Below, in pieces: positions 1 to 8,798 of a stretch of 43,240 bases of DNA; positions within the stretch are counted from its first letter, which is position 1; each line of letters begins with the position of its first letter. Below the pieces are notes generated by a model. The model saw only the letters and a program-made list of their open reading frames with translations. It ran no database searches and had not been told where the DNA came from. The stretch comes from an uncultured Syntrophaceae bacterium (GTDB taxonomy: Bacteria > Desulfobacterota > Syntrophia > Syntrophales > UBA2210), in assembly GCA_964430915.1 (NCBI GenBank), contig CAYSHT010000002.1, positions 1 through 43,240 of the forward strand. Direction: 5' to 3'. The translations under genes were made by a program, and so were the position numbers.

Positions 1-88
1 TCGGCAATGTCCTCCGATTCCGCATCTAACCATTCTTTCGGATAGGAAAAGAAACCCGTGGAATGTATCGTGCCCGTTTGTTCCCCCT

Positions 89-616
89 TCACTTCTTACC
101 CCCTCTATATCCGGCTATTTTACCCTTCGCATACTGTTTCGCCAATCCTATATAAATATCCGTTGCCATACCGATTGCCGCAATATCTTCATCCTTCAGC
201 TTTCGTATGAGTTTTGCCGGTGAACCCATAACAAGCGATCCCGGCGGAAACTTTTTATTGTACGGCACGAAGGTATTGGCACCAACAATACTGAAATCTC
301 CTATCCCGGCATTCGTCATTATGGTGGAGTTCATGCCGACCATGACGTTATTTCCGATCCTGCATCCGCGAATGATGGCACCATGCCCGATCGTGACGTT
401 GTCACCAATCTCGACATTCACCATCATATCGCTGTGAATAACGGCATTATCCTGTATGTTCGTATTGTGACCTATGGAGATTTTCCCTTCGTCGCCGCGC
501 AAAACGGCATTGAACCAGACACTTGCGCCCTTCCCGATTACAACGTCACCGTAGATGCGAACACCCTCTGCCACAAAAACGCTCGCATCCACCCGAGGCT
601 CAGGTTTATGGAACAC
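89..616 (-). CDS. Hexapeptide-repeat (left-handed beta-helix) protein, gamma-carbonic-anhydrase / YrdA / PaaY-like
   Basis: The 175-aa ORF shows repeated [LIV]-G-x4 hexapeptide periodicity (IYGDVVIGKGASVWFNAVLRGD, IGHNTNIQDNAVIHSD, IGDNVTIGHGAIIRGCRIGNNVMVGMNSTI). This is typical of the gamma-CA-like family. Confidence 0.8.
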   Translation of the reverse strand: MFHKPEPRVDASVFVAEGVRIYGDVVIGKGASVWFNAVLRGDEGKISIGHNTNIQDNAVIHSDMMVNVEIGDNVTIGHGAIIRGCRIGNNVMVGMNSTIMTNAGIGDFSIVGANTFVPYNKKFPPGSLVMGSPAKLIRKLKDEDIAAIGMATDIYIGLAKQYAKGKIAGYRGGKK

Positions 617-647
617 TGTTCCCCCCGTTTTTTTATTGAACTATTTT

Positions 648-1373
648 TCAGAAGTCTTTATATCCTCTTGCCTTTCTGAGGTTCTTCCAGAATGGCTTGT
701 AGAGAAAACTCTTTTTGTCAAGCTCACAAAGTTTTTCGAACATGGGCCTTGTAACGGTAAAGGCAAGGATATCCTGCGGCAGATACTGACGCATAGCAAT
801 ATCCGTGGTGCCGATTATTGCCTGGGGAACGTCAAAATCATCAAAGAGCGGAACAAGCTCCATACATCCCGAACCGAAGGGCGCCAGAACGGGCGTTGGA
901 TCATCGGGAGCACGATCGTACTGGGCTCCAATCATAAGAGCACTTAACTGGTCGGGATTTACAAAGAAGGTGATGCTCTTGAGATATTCATACTGGTCCT
1001 CACGAAGGGGTCCCATCAGGATATTGGAATATTTCGGGCTGTAAGGAGTCCTGTGATCAATCCACATCCCCATGAGATCGCGCGAGGACTTTAAACCTTC
1101 CCCATCGACAAGAAATTTCAGAAAATCCTCCCGTTCGCGGGTTTCTATACCGAATATCCAGTGCCCACATCCACCGCAGCCGTAATTATCCTTTGTTACA
1201 TGAAGCGTTTCTCCCCTTAGCCAGTTCTCGTAGAAGGCAAAAATACAGATGTGTTTTTGGGAATCAGGTCTGACAAGCGGTTCAAAGGGTTTTGTCTCCG
1301 GCGCGTCGTAGAACCCGACAAGCGGAATAGTAAGATCGATTCTTGTAAGCAGATGTGAAGGGTCTGGTTGCAT
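648..1373 (-). CDS. DUF169-like protein (first of two paralog-type copies in the window)
   Basis: The 241-aa ORF has blocks resembling DUF169 proteins (IPLVGFYDAPE..., GCGGCGHW, ITFFVNPDQLSALMIGAQY, PFGSGCMELVP). It has the same overall layout as the clearer DUF169 ORF at 19786-20598. Confidence 0.55.
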   Translation of the reverse strand: MQPDPSHLLTRIDLTIPLVGFYDAPETKPFEPLVRPDSQKHICIFAFYENWLRGETLHVTKDNYGCGGCGHWIFGIETREREDFLKFLVDGEGLKSSRDLMGMWIDHRTPYSPKYSNILMGPLREDQYEYLKSITFFVNPDQLSALMIGAQYDRAPDDPTPVLAPFGSGCMELVPLFDDFDVPQAIIGTTDIAMRQYLPQDILAFTVTRPMFEKLCELDKKSFLYKPFWKNLRKARGYKDF

Positions 1374-1447
1374 AATAATTTTACCTCCATTATCAAGTGG
1401 GAATTTTATACTTCACGTTAGCGAAAAATCAAACAAAAATCCGGGAA

Positions 1448-2602
1448 TTATTTCGCGATCACATTCTCCGGAAGTCTTCTGGTGAGGATTTCAACCGCCT
1501 CCTCTATCATTTCTTCAAGCACTTCTCCCGCGGGCTTTATCTCATTGATAAGCCCTGATATCTGGCCCGCGAGACCACCCACGTACTCCTTTTCTTCGGC
1601 CTCAATGAAGCTCGCGATCAAAGCTGAAGAGATCAGAACCTGGGCGGGAAAGGGAAGCGGATCGAGACCGGAGGCGGCCCACAGGTCGTGATATCTGTTG
1701 TAATTTGCCCTCAGGGTCTTACCCGTATAGGCAACACTTACCCTCGTGTCCTCATCGGTGGATTGAAGGATCTTTTCCTTGTTGATATCCATGGCTCCGC
1801 CTTCGGTCGTGGCGAGGAAACGGGTCCCGATCCAGACCCCCACACATCCCATGGCGAGTGCCGCGGCGAGCCCTCTTCCATCACCAATACCACCCGCCGC
1901 CAGAACCGGCACAGGCGATGCGGCATCGATTACCACGGGTAACAGGGCCATCGTTCCTATCCTCCCTGTATGCCCACCAGCCTCATGGCCCTGCGCCACG
2001 AGCAAATCCACCCCCGATTCTGCCATCCGTCGAGCATTTTTCGAATTGCCCGTAATTCCGAGCACCTTTATTCCTGCGGCATGGGCCTCCTCCACCATAA
2101 AGCCGGGATTCCCGAGACCCGCGCAAAAGATGGGAATCTTTTCCTCCAGACATACATCAATAGCCTGCCGGGGTCTGAGCGTTGTCGTATTCATCGGTAC
2201 CATTATTTCCACATCTGGAAGTCCTATCTCATCTTTGATCTTCCTGATCCATTCCTTATGCGGCTTCGGTATGGTCTCCAGAATGGCACTCAGGGGGATT
2301 TCCTTGATGTCACCCATTCCGGCGTCATCCCCCGAGATAACCTGCTTTGGCAGAAGGAGATCGACCCCGAAAGGCCTGTCAGTTTTTGCCTTGATTTCAC
2401 GAATTGCTTCACGCAGTTCATCCACCGTAAAGCCGCTTCCCCCCAGAACACCGAGCCCGCCTGCCTCGGAAACTGCTACTACCAATTCCACGGGAGAACC
2501 CGCCTTTTCACCGAGGAGTGTCGGCCCCATACCGGCGCACAATACCGGGTATTCAATCCCGAGCATGTCACAGAGTTTCGTCCTCAGCATTCTCCTGCTC
2601 AT
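1448..2602 (-). CDS. Nitronate monooxygenase / FabK-like FMN-dependent oxidoreductase (NMO family)
   Basis: The 384-aa ORF starts LGIEYPVLCAGMG and contains GGIGDGRGLAAALAMG and AQGHEAGGHTG motifs typical of the NMO/2-nitropropane dioxygenase TIM-barrel family. The annotated start overlaps the upstream methyltransferase by 35 nt. Met5 (2590) or Met13 (2566) are alternative starts. Confidence 0.85.
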   Translation of the reverse strand: MSRRMLRTKLCDMLGIEYPVLCAGMGPTLLGEKAGSPVELVVAVSEAGGLGVLGGSGFTVDELREAIREIKAKTDRPFGVDLLLPKQVISGDDAGMGDIKEIPLSAILETIPKPHKEWIRKIKDEIGLPDVEIMVPMNTTTLRPRQAIDVCLEEKIPIFCAGLGNPGFMVEEAHAAGIKVLGITGNSKNARRMAESGVDLLVAQGHEAGGHTGRIGTMALLPVVIDAASPVPVLAAGGIGDGRGLAAALAMGCVGVWIGTRFLATTEGGAMDINKEKILQSTDEDTRVSVAYTGKTLRANYNRYHDLWAASGLDPLPFPAQVLISSALIASFIEAEEKEYVGGLAGQISGLINEIKPAGEVLEEMIEEAVEILTRRLPENVIAK

Positions 2603-3290
2603 CCTTCCCTCCTTCGATTTTCTTCCGCATCGAAACTATCGTTATTTTGTCTCTCACGATAATCGGCCGCTCGTTCATTCTCTCGTCCAGCAGTTCATTG
2701 ATGCTGTCAATAATGCTTCCGTTATACATGGAATCGCCGTAATGCTCGAAATGGTAATCGTACAATTCTTCACTGTCTTCAAACACCCAGTTCTTGGTGA
2801 ATGTTTCACAATGCTCGATATAAAATTGATAATCATTGATAGCATCGAGGGCCCCCTCGATACCCTCTGTCTCGTCGGTAAAAAGATGGAAAAGCCGCTG
2901 AATCTCACCGTCAATGGCCGGCTCCAGGAGTATGAGCTGCCCTTCCCTTCTAAGCACCCTATGGGCCTCGCGAAGGGCCTTCTTGCAGTCCCGGTGATGA
3001 TGAAGGGACATGGTAAACATCACGAGATCGAAGGATTCGTTGTCGAATTCCAGGGCCTCCCCCGAGCCGATCCTGAAATCGACACCCTTGATATGCTCTC
3101 TCGCTTCTACGATACTTTCCCCGGCAGGATCGATGGCAACAAGGTCCCCGGCTTCTTCGGAAAGAAGCGCTGTCACCCTTCCATCGCCGCATCCCACTTC
3201 GAGGACACGTTTGCCCTCCAGTGGTGTATATCGCCGTATCATCCCGATCTCGACATTTTCTCTATCCAGTTCCATAATCCTTCTTATCAC
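2568..3290 (-). CDS. Class I SAM-dependent methyltransferase
   Basis: The 240-aa ORF has the motif I VLEVGCGDGRVT, an acidic post-I residue (AIDP) and DLVMFTMSLHH. This is a typical Methyltransf_11/25-like fold. Confidence 0.8.
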   Translation of the reverse strand: MIRRIMELDRENVEIGMIRRYTPLEGKRVLEVGCGDGRVTALLSEEAGDLVAIDPAGESIVEAREHIKGVDFRIGSGEALEFDNESFDLVMFTMSLHHHRDCKKALREAHRVLRREGQLILLEPAIDGEIQRLFHLFTDETEGIEGALDAINDYQFYIEHCETFTKNWVFEDSEELYDYHFEHYGDSMYNGSIIDSINELLDERMNERPIIVRDKITIVSMRKKIEGGKDEQENAEDETL

Positions 3291-3339
3291 CCTGTTCTTT
3301 CTGCAAACTTTCCCCGATTAAAGGAGAGCGGGATGATCC

Positions 3340-4380
3340 TTATTTAACTCCATAGCGTTTCCTGGTTTCCTCATCCAGAGAGGAGAAGTAATCGCGTGCC
3401 CCTTCGGGAGAAAGTGCCTCCAGTGACCCGTCAGGTTTCTGCACTACGACACCGCTTTCCGTCAGCATTTTGTAGCGTTTTTTTCTCATCTCCTTGTCAG
3501 GGTGGCAGATTAAAGAACAGTTTCCGCACGTGAGATAGAGAGGTCTCCCCATCATCAGATGATAATGGCCGCCCCCAATTTCGGGCCACTTTTCATAGGC
3601 CTTGATACTCTCTATGAGAAGGTCTCTGAATTCATTCTCATCATCAGGGATAACAAAACGGCCCGGCGACCAGGTTGACCATTTACCCGAGGGATGCAGT
3701 CCCGTAAATCCCCCGCAGACGTATTCGCATCTGAGGTAACTTCGGCGCCTCGAATAGGTAAATTTCACTCCCCCCATGGTCACAGTTGTTTTCTCGGTAG
3801 GGGACATCATTCCCGACGCGCAGGATGCCATGCATAACCTGCAACTGTCGCAATAATTGTCTTCCGGCGAGAGGGGCGGTGTTGGTTCAAGTTCCGCTGT
3901 AGTAACAACGCCTCCCAGAATAATGGCGGCGCCGTAATCTTTGGTGATGACATTTCCCGAAAGGCCGAAATGGCCGATCCCCGATGCCACAGCGAGATAT
4001 CGAAGCGAAATATCGGGCTTCATTTCGAGGATGCCATACTCTGTATCGGTCCGATAGACCTCATTCGCGCAGAGGGGCGTTGAGGGAATCCCTTTCTGCT
4101 CGAGATATTTGGCAAGGTGTAGAGAGATGCCGCCGGAGAGTGCATTTGTTTCCAGATTGTTTCGCTCGTGCGAACGGCGGTCCCTTTTCGAAAGAAATGA
4201 TTCGATACAATCCTGATCCAACGGAAGTGCAAAACTGATTGCAGACCGGGCTCCAGGCAAAACGTAGGTCAGATCTGTCGACGGGGGACCGCCGGCGAGG
4301 GTTTCGATGGTGGCGATTCCGGCATAAACGGCACCCTCCTTCTTAACGTAGTCGAGGACAAACTGGCTTAGATTTTCCAT
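3340..4380 (-). CDS. Iron-sulfur protein resembling the epoxyqueuosine reductase (QueG) / reductive-dehalogenase superfamily
   Basis: The 346-aa ORF has a SLRYLAVASGIGHFGLSGNVITKDYGAAIILGGVVTTAEL block resembling the QueG core. This is followed by CDSCRLCMASC (CxxCxxCxxxC) and a later CGNCSLICHP cluster motif. Confidence 0.5.
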   Translation of the reverse strand: MENLSQFVLDYVKKEGAVYAGIATIETLAGGPPSTDLTYVLPGARSAISFALPLDQDCIESFLSKRDRRSHERNNLETNALSGGISLHLAKYLEQKGIPSTPLCANEVYRTDTEYGILEMKPDISLRYLAVASGIGHFGLSGNVITKDYGAAIILGGVVTTAELEPTPPLSPEDNYCDSCRLCMASCASGMMSPTEKTTVTMGGVKFTYSRRRSYLRCEYVCGGFTGLHPSGKWSTWSPGRFVIPDDENEFRDLLIESIKAYEKWPEIGGGHYHLMMGRPLYLTCGNCSLICHPDKEMRKKRYKMLTESGVVVQKPDGSLEALSPEGARDYFSSLDEETRKRYGVK

Positions 4381-4408
4381 TGTGACTCCCTCTTTTTTTT
4401 AGATTTTT

Positions 4409-5368
4409 TCAGTATGTTGTTGCGCCAAAGAAATCCGATATCAACCGGTTAACCTCGTCAGGCTTTTCTTCATGGGCCAAATGCCCGCACTTTTCAAGAA
4501 TGACCACAGAGGCATCGGGCATTATCTCCTTAAATTTCCGGGCCATCGCAGAATCAAGATAGAGGTCGTCTTCTCCCCATATAACAAGAACAGGAACTCC
4601 GATATGCGGCATCTCATCTTCGGTCATTTTCAAGTCCTGATTCCGGATGCAGAGATACTGGGCTCTCCGGTTTTCGACATAGGTTAACGGCGCCTTGACC
4701 TCACCGATCATCTCGTCCGTGACAAGGGTTGTGTCAAAGAAGGCATCTCCGAGTCCCGTCTTCACATCCTCCGTTGTAAAGAATTTCGAGAATAGTTCCC
4801 CGATCACGGGATAGCTGAAAAGCTTGAACGTCAGTCTCAGGGGAACATCCAGACCGTTGGCATCAATGAGGACAAGTTTTTTCACCTTCCCGGGATTCCT
4901 GTAGGTAAAATGAAGCACCCATGCCCCGCCGGAGGAATGCCCCACGATGTTTGCCTTATCAATCCCCATCGTATTCATGAATTCCAGAAGAACATCACTC
5001 ATCATATCAAAATCGTAGGAAAGATTTTTCAAAATGGGTCTGGTATAGCCGTGGCCGGGCATATCGAGGGCATAGACGGTAAACCTGCGTGAAAGTAGAG
5101 AGACATTGTTTCTGTAAGAATAGAGCCACGCAGCGGCACCATGGACCAGAATTACGGGGGGGCCATTTCCCGAACGGGTATAATGAATTGTGAACCCACG
5201 TGTGTCTACAAACTGTGAATCAATTTTCTTCAGATATGGTGAGCTATACTCGCGGTCTTCGGCGGGAGTATAAACATAGGCAGCATAATAAACGGCAGCA
5301 CCGACCAGACAAATGAGCAGCAAAGGTATAAGAATCAATGGCCCGAGAAATGATCGTCTCTTACTCAT
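4409..5368 (-). CDS. Membrane-anchored alpha/beta-fold hydrolase
   Basis: The 319-aa ORF has an N-terminal TM helix (LGPLILIPLLLICLVGAAVYYAAYVY), an HG oxyanion motif (ILVHGAAAW), a nucleophile elbow GHSSGG and a C-terminal catalytic His (KCGHLAHEE). Confidence 0.8.
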   Translation of the reverse strand: MSKRRSFLGPLILIPLLLICLVGAAVYYAAYVYTPAEDREYSSPYLKKIDSQFVDTRGFTIHYTRSGNGPPVILVHGAAAWLYSYRNNVSLLSRRFTVYALDMPGHGYTRPILKNLSYDFDMMSDVLLEFMNTMGIDKANIVGHSSGGAWVLHFTYRNPGKVKKLVLIDANGLDVPLRLTFKLFSYPVIGELFSKFFTTEDVKTGLGDAFFDTTLVTDEMIGEVKAPLTYVENRRAQYLCIRNQDLKMTEDEMPHIGVPVLVIWGEDDLYLDSAMARKFKEIMPDASVVILEKCGHLAHEEKPDEVNRLISDFFGATTY

Positions 5369-5507
5369 CGGTGCCTCCTTTATTGTCTATTAACAAATAA
5401 ACGGTCACCCTATTCTTCATACCCCAAACGAAAGGGAAAAATCACCATGAAAAATAATATAATACAAAAGAGAAAACAAAATCGCACTGATAATTACAAG
5501 AAACAAC

Positions 5508-5560
5508 AAACCCTGCCTTCGATCAGATCAAGATCCATGGGCAGGGTTTATTGTCTTTTT
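5508..5560 (+). terminator. Terminator-like hairpin in the leader upstream of the MaoC/CoA-transferase genes
   Basis: A 10-bp perfect stem pairs aaaccctgcc (5508-5517) with ggcagggttt (5540-5549) around a 22-nt loop, followed by attgtcttttt. No upstream plus-strand gene needs terminating, so the role is uncertain (attenuator or sRNA end). Confidence 0.35.
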
Positions 5561-5620
5561 CGATGAAATGTCAGGGGCTGAGACCGATTTTTTTTACGGA
5601 ATGTCTCAGTTTAAGGTAGC

Positions 5621-6043
5621 ATGAGCGGTAAGTCTATTATAGAATTTGAATTGCATGATAAGGTGAAGCTTGCAAAAACGGTTTCCGAGACAGACATTTA
5701 TCTCTATGCGGGAATGAGTGGCGATTTCAACCCGGCGCATATTAACGAAGAGTATGCAAAAAAAACTTTTTTTAAGACGCGAATAGCTCACGGTATGCTG
5801 TCGGCGGGCTTTATTTCGATGGTTATTGGCACGAAGCTGCCAGGACCGGGAACGATCTACCTTGATCAGAGTCTCAAATATCTGGCCACTGCACGGATCG
5901 GCGACACCATTACTACCCGTGTGGAAGTTAAAGAAATTATGACCGAAAAAAACAGGGTACGACTTAAAACCGTCTGTATCAACCAGGCTGGATTTACGGT
6001 ACTGGGAGGAGAGGCTGTGATAAGCCCTCCCAAACCAGGGTGA
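5621..6043 (+). CDS. MaoC-like (R)-specific enoyl-CoA hydratase / hot-dog fold dehydratase
   Basis: The 140-aa ORF carries the hydratase-2 motif region YAGMSGDFNPAHINEEYAKKTFFKTRIAHGML. Confidence 0.85.
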   Translation: MSGKSIIEFELHDKVKLAKTVSETDIYLYAGMSGDFNPAHINEEYAKKTFFKTRIAHGMLSAGFISMVIGTKLPGPGTIYLDQSLKYLATARIGDTITTRVEVKEIMTEKNRVRLKTVCINQAGFTVLGGEAVISPPKPG

Positions 6044-6104
6044 TATGAACACTATCTTTTTGATTATCGGTTGAAAACGTCATATTTTCAAATGGGGGTA
6101 TGTT

Positions 6105-8102
6105 ATGACATTTAATCAAGGCCCATCAAAAAGGGCAAGCGGTCATCCCGTTCTCCTTGGCACCATGCGGCCACGGAATAAGGTGGTGACTGCAGAGGAA
6201 GCAGTTCAGCTTGTCAAATCAAGAGATGTCGTAGCTACTGGCGGTTTTGTTGGTGCCGGATTTGCCGAGGAGATTGCGATCGCGATAGAAGAATATTTTT
6301 TGAGTATGGGGCATCCGAGAGACCTCACGCTTATGTACGCTGCCGGCCAGGGTGACGGAAAAGAGAAGGGATTAAACCACTTTGCCCATGAAGGGCTTGT
6401 AAGGCGTGTTATCGGCGGACACTGGGCTCTGGCACCAAAGCTGGGGAAAATGGCAATCGAAAACAAGATTATCGCCTATAATTTTCCTCAGGGGGTGGTA
6501 TCACATATGTTTAGAGATATTGCGGCTCATAAACCGCGTACCATCACCACCATCGGCCTGGGAACATTTGTGGACCCGAGAAATGACGGCGGAAAGATTA
6601 ATAAAATAACAACGGAAGATCTTGTCGAGCTTATCGTCTTTGATGGAAAAGAATATCTCTCCTATAAGCTTCCTCCCGTAAATGTCGCGATTATTCGGGG
6701 AACGACGGCAGACACAGACGGTAATATCAGCATGGAAAAAGAGGCATTGACCAATGAGAATCTTTCTATCGCAATGGCCGCAAGAAATTCAGGCGGCTAT
6801 GTTATTGCCCAGGTTGAAAGAGTTGCTGAAAAGGGAACGTTGAATGCCAGAGACGTAAAGATACCTGGTATTATAGTTGATTGCGTCGTCGTCGCTCGTC
6901 CTGAGAACCACTGGCAGACCTTTGCAGAGATCTATGATCCCTCCTTCAGTTGCGAGACAAAGATTCCGTTGCAGTCTATGACCCCCATGGAAATGGATGC
7001 AAGGAAAATCATTGCCAGACGGGCTGCATGCGAGCTGGAAGCTAATGATATTGTAAACCTTGGAATTGGCATGCCGGAGGGAGTCGCGAATGTGGCCAAT
7101 GAAGAAAAAATCATTAGTTATTTTACCCTTACCGCTGAGCCTGGAGTCATAGGCGGAGTACCTGCAGGGGGATTAAACTTTGGGGCGGCCACCAATACCG
7201 ATTGTGTCATTGACCAGCCTTATCAGTTTGATTTCTATGACGGCGGTGGGCTGGATATCGCCTGTCTCGGAATGGCGGAGACGGATAAAGACGGTAACGT
7301 CAACGTCAGTAAATTCGGACCGCGTCTTGCCGGATGCGGGGGATTTATCAATATCAGCCAGGCTGCAAAAAAATGTATATTTGTGGGTACCTTTACCGCA
7401 GGTGGACTGAAAATTTCGGTGAGTGATCAAAAACTCCACATAGAACAGGAAGGCAGAACCAAAAAGTTTGTGAATCAGGTTGAACATATGACCTTCGGCG
7501 GAAGATACAGTGCCGAACAGGATCAATACGTCCGGTATGTAACCGAACGATGTGTCTTCGCCTTAACCAGCGAGGGATTGGAGCTTATCGAGATAGCCCC
7601 CGGAATTGATCTCGAAAGGGACATCCTTGCCCTGATGGACTTCAAACCGATCGTCAAGGAGCCCCGTTTGATGGATAAAAGGATATTCAACCCGGAACCA
7701 ATGGGTCTGGAAGATGATCTTCTCAGCATACCGCTGGAAGAACGACTGACTTACTATGCCGATGAAAATCTTTTCTTTGTAAACTTCGAGGGCTATCAGG
7801 TGAAATCGAGTGAGCGGATTCAAGAGGTAAATAACACTGTGAGAAAAATTCTGGAACCGGTCGGCAAGAAAGTCTATACTATTGTAAATTATGACAACTT
7901 CAATATCCTGCCGGACCTTATAGATGAGTATTCCGAAATGGTAAAAGGACTTGTGGAGGGTCTGTATATCAATACAACGAGGTATTCGACAAACGCTTTT
8001 GCACGGATGAAAATTGGTGAGGCCCTTGCGGAAAAGAAATTGATACCCCATATGTACGAGAGCAGAGAAGAGGCACAAAAAGCGTTAAAATCTGAGAAAT
8101 AA
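6105..8102 (+). CDS. Family I acyl-CoA:acetate/3-ketoacid CoA transferase (YdiF/Pct-like) with an approximately 130-aa C-terminal extension
   Basis: The 665-aa ORF has the N-terminal VVATGGFVGAGFAEE, the alpha-subunit-like half and the beta-half ELEANDIVNLGIGMPEGVAN. The canonical family end (IAPGIDLERDILALMDFKPIV...MDKRIFNPEPMGL) lies near aa 535, after which about 130 more residues follow. A GGGGG Shine-Dalgarno sits 7 nt before the ATG. Confidence 0.8.
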   Translation: MTFNQGPSKRASGHPVLLGTMRPRNKVVTAEEAVQLVKSRDVVATGGFVGAGFAEEIAIAIEEYFLSMGHPRDLTLMYAAGQGDGKEKGLNHFAHEGLVRRVIGGHWALAPKLGKMAIENKIIAYNFPQGVVSHMFRDIAAHKPRTITTIGLGTFVDPRNDGGKINKITTEDLVELIVFDGKEYLSYKLPPVNVAIIRGTTADTDGNISMEKEALTNENLSIAMAARNSGGYVIAQVERVAEKGTLNARDVKIPGIIVDCVVVARPENHWQTFAEIYDPSFSCETKIPLQSMTPMEMDARKIIARRAACELEANDIVNLGIGMPEGVANVANEEKIISYFTLTAEPGVIGGVPAGGLNFGAATNTDCVIDQPYQFDFYDGGGLDIACLGMAETDKDGNVNVSKFGPRLAGCGGFINISQAAKKCIFVGTFTAGGLKISVSDQKLHIEQEGRTKKFVNQVEHMTFGGRYSAEQDQYVRYVTERCVFALTSEGLELIEIAPGIDLERDILALMDFKPIVKEPRLMDKRIFNPEPMGLEDDLLSIPLEERLTYYADENLFFVNFEGYQVKSSERIQEVNNTVRKILEPVGKKVYTIVNYDNFNILPDLIDEYSEMVKGLVEGLYINTTRYSTNAFARMKIGEALAEKKLIPHMYESREEAQKALKSEK

Positions 8103-8187
8103 CTTAAGCTTATAATAAGTGTTGCATATAGTTGAGAAGTACTATAATGAATTTTTTTCTTAGGCAGAAACAAAAAGAAGAAATTTT

Positions 8188-8711
8188 ATGCCACTTGAAA
8201 TTAAAAATATTCTTTACGCAACAGACCTGTCAAGAAACGCTGCATATGCCTTCAGGTATGCGGTAGACCTGGCAAAGAATCACAGTGCTGAAATATACCC
8301 CTCTTGCACGTTATCGAGAGGCTGCCACCCTCTCATGAGGCAATGATAGAATATTACCTCACAAAAGAAGATTTGGAGCACCATACAAAAGTCGTGGCTG
8401 AATCTATCAAGCGCACCAGGAAAAAGCTTGAAGCCTTTCGTGACAGGGAGATCACCAATCATCTGGAAGTAATCAATGAACACGTTAAAATCGAAGTGCT
8501 CGAGGGATATCCCGTGGACGAGATCCTGACGAAGTCGAAACAATACGATTGTGATGTCATCGTGATGGGAACCCACGGGAAAGGATTCGTCAGCCATACC
8601 TTATTGGGAAGCGTGGCCGAAAGAGTGCTTCACCGGTCACACAAGACAGTCATCGTTGTTCCTCTCCCCGAGGGAGAAACAGAGGCATCACTTCCCGATT
8701 TTTATTTTTAA
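8188..8711 (+). pseudogene. Universal stress protein (UspA family) interrupted by a 1-nt frameshift at a C-run (or an assembly homopolymer error)
   Basis: The ATG at 8188 opens MPLEIKNILYATDLSRNAAYAFRYAVDLAKNHSAEIYP, a classic Usp N-terminus, and this frame stops at 8344-8346. The rest of the Usp domain (LLHVIERLPP...VIVMGTHGKGFVSHTLLGSVAERVLHRSHKTVIVVP) continues in the -1 frame from 8301/8304. One extra C in the cccc run at 8298-8301 would restore a single roughly 174-aa ORF. Confidence 0.6.
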
Positions 8712-8798
8712 TCGGGACAATTTACTGATCTTTGCATCAGAGTTAAAAAACTCTTCCATTTCACCATATGCGGGAATATGTTTTTCAATGACCTTTCG

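Noticed and set aside
1-88. A possible start of another minus-strand gene downstream of the gamma-CA-like gene, from ATG candidates around 25-45.
   Set aside because: Fewer than 15 codons lie inside the window, so it cannot be evaluated.
1779-3347. A 522-aa plus-strand ORF spanning 1.57 kb.
   Set aside because: It runs antisense across two well-supported minus-strand genes (NMO and the methyltransferase). The translation is low-complexity and Pro/Ser/Ile-rich with no recognisable motif. This is a typical shadow ORF opposite real genes.
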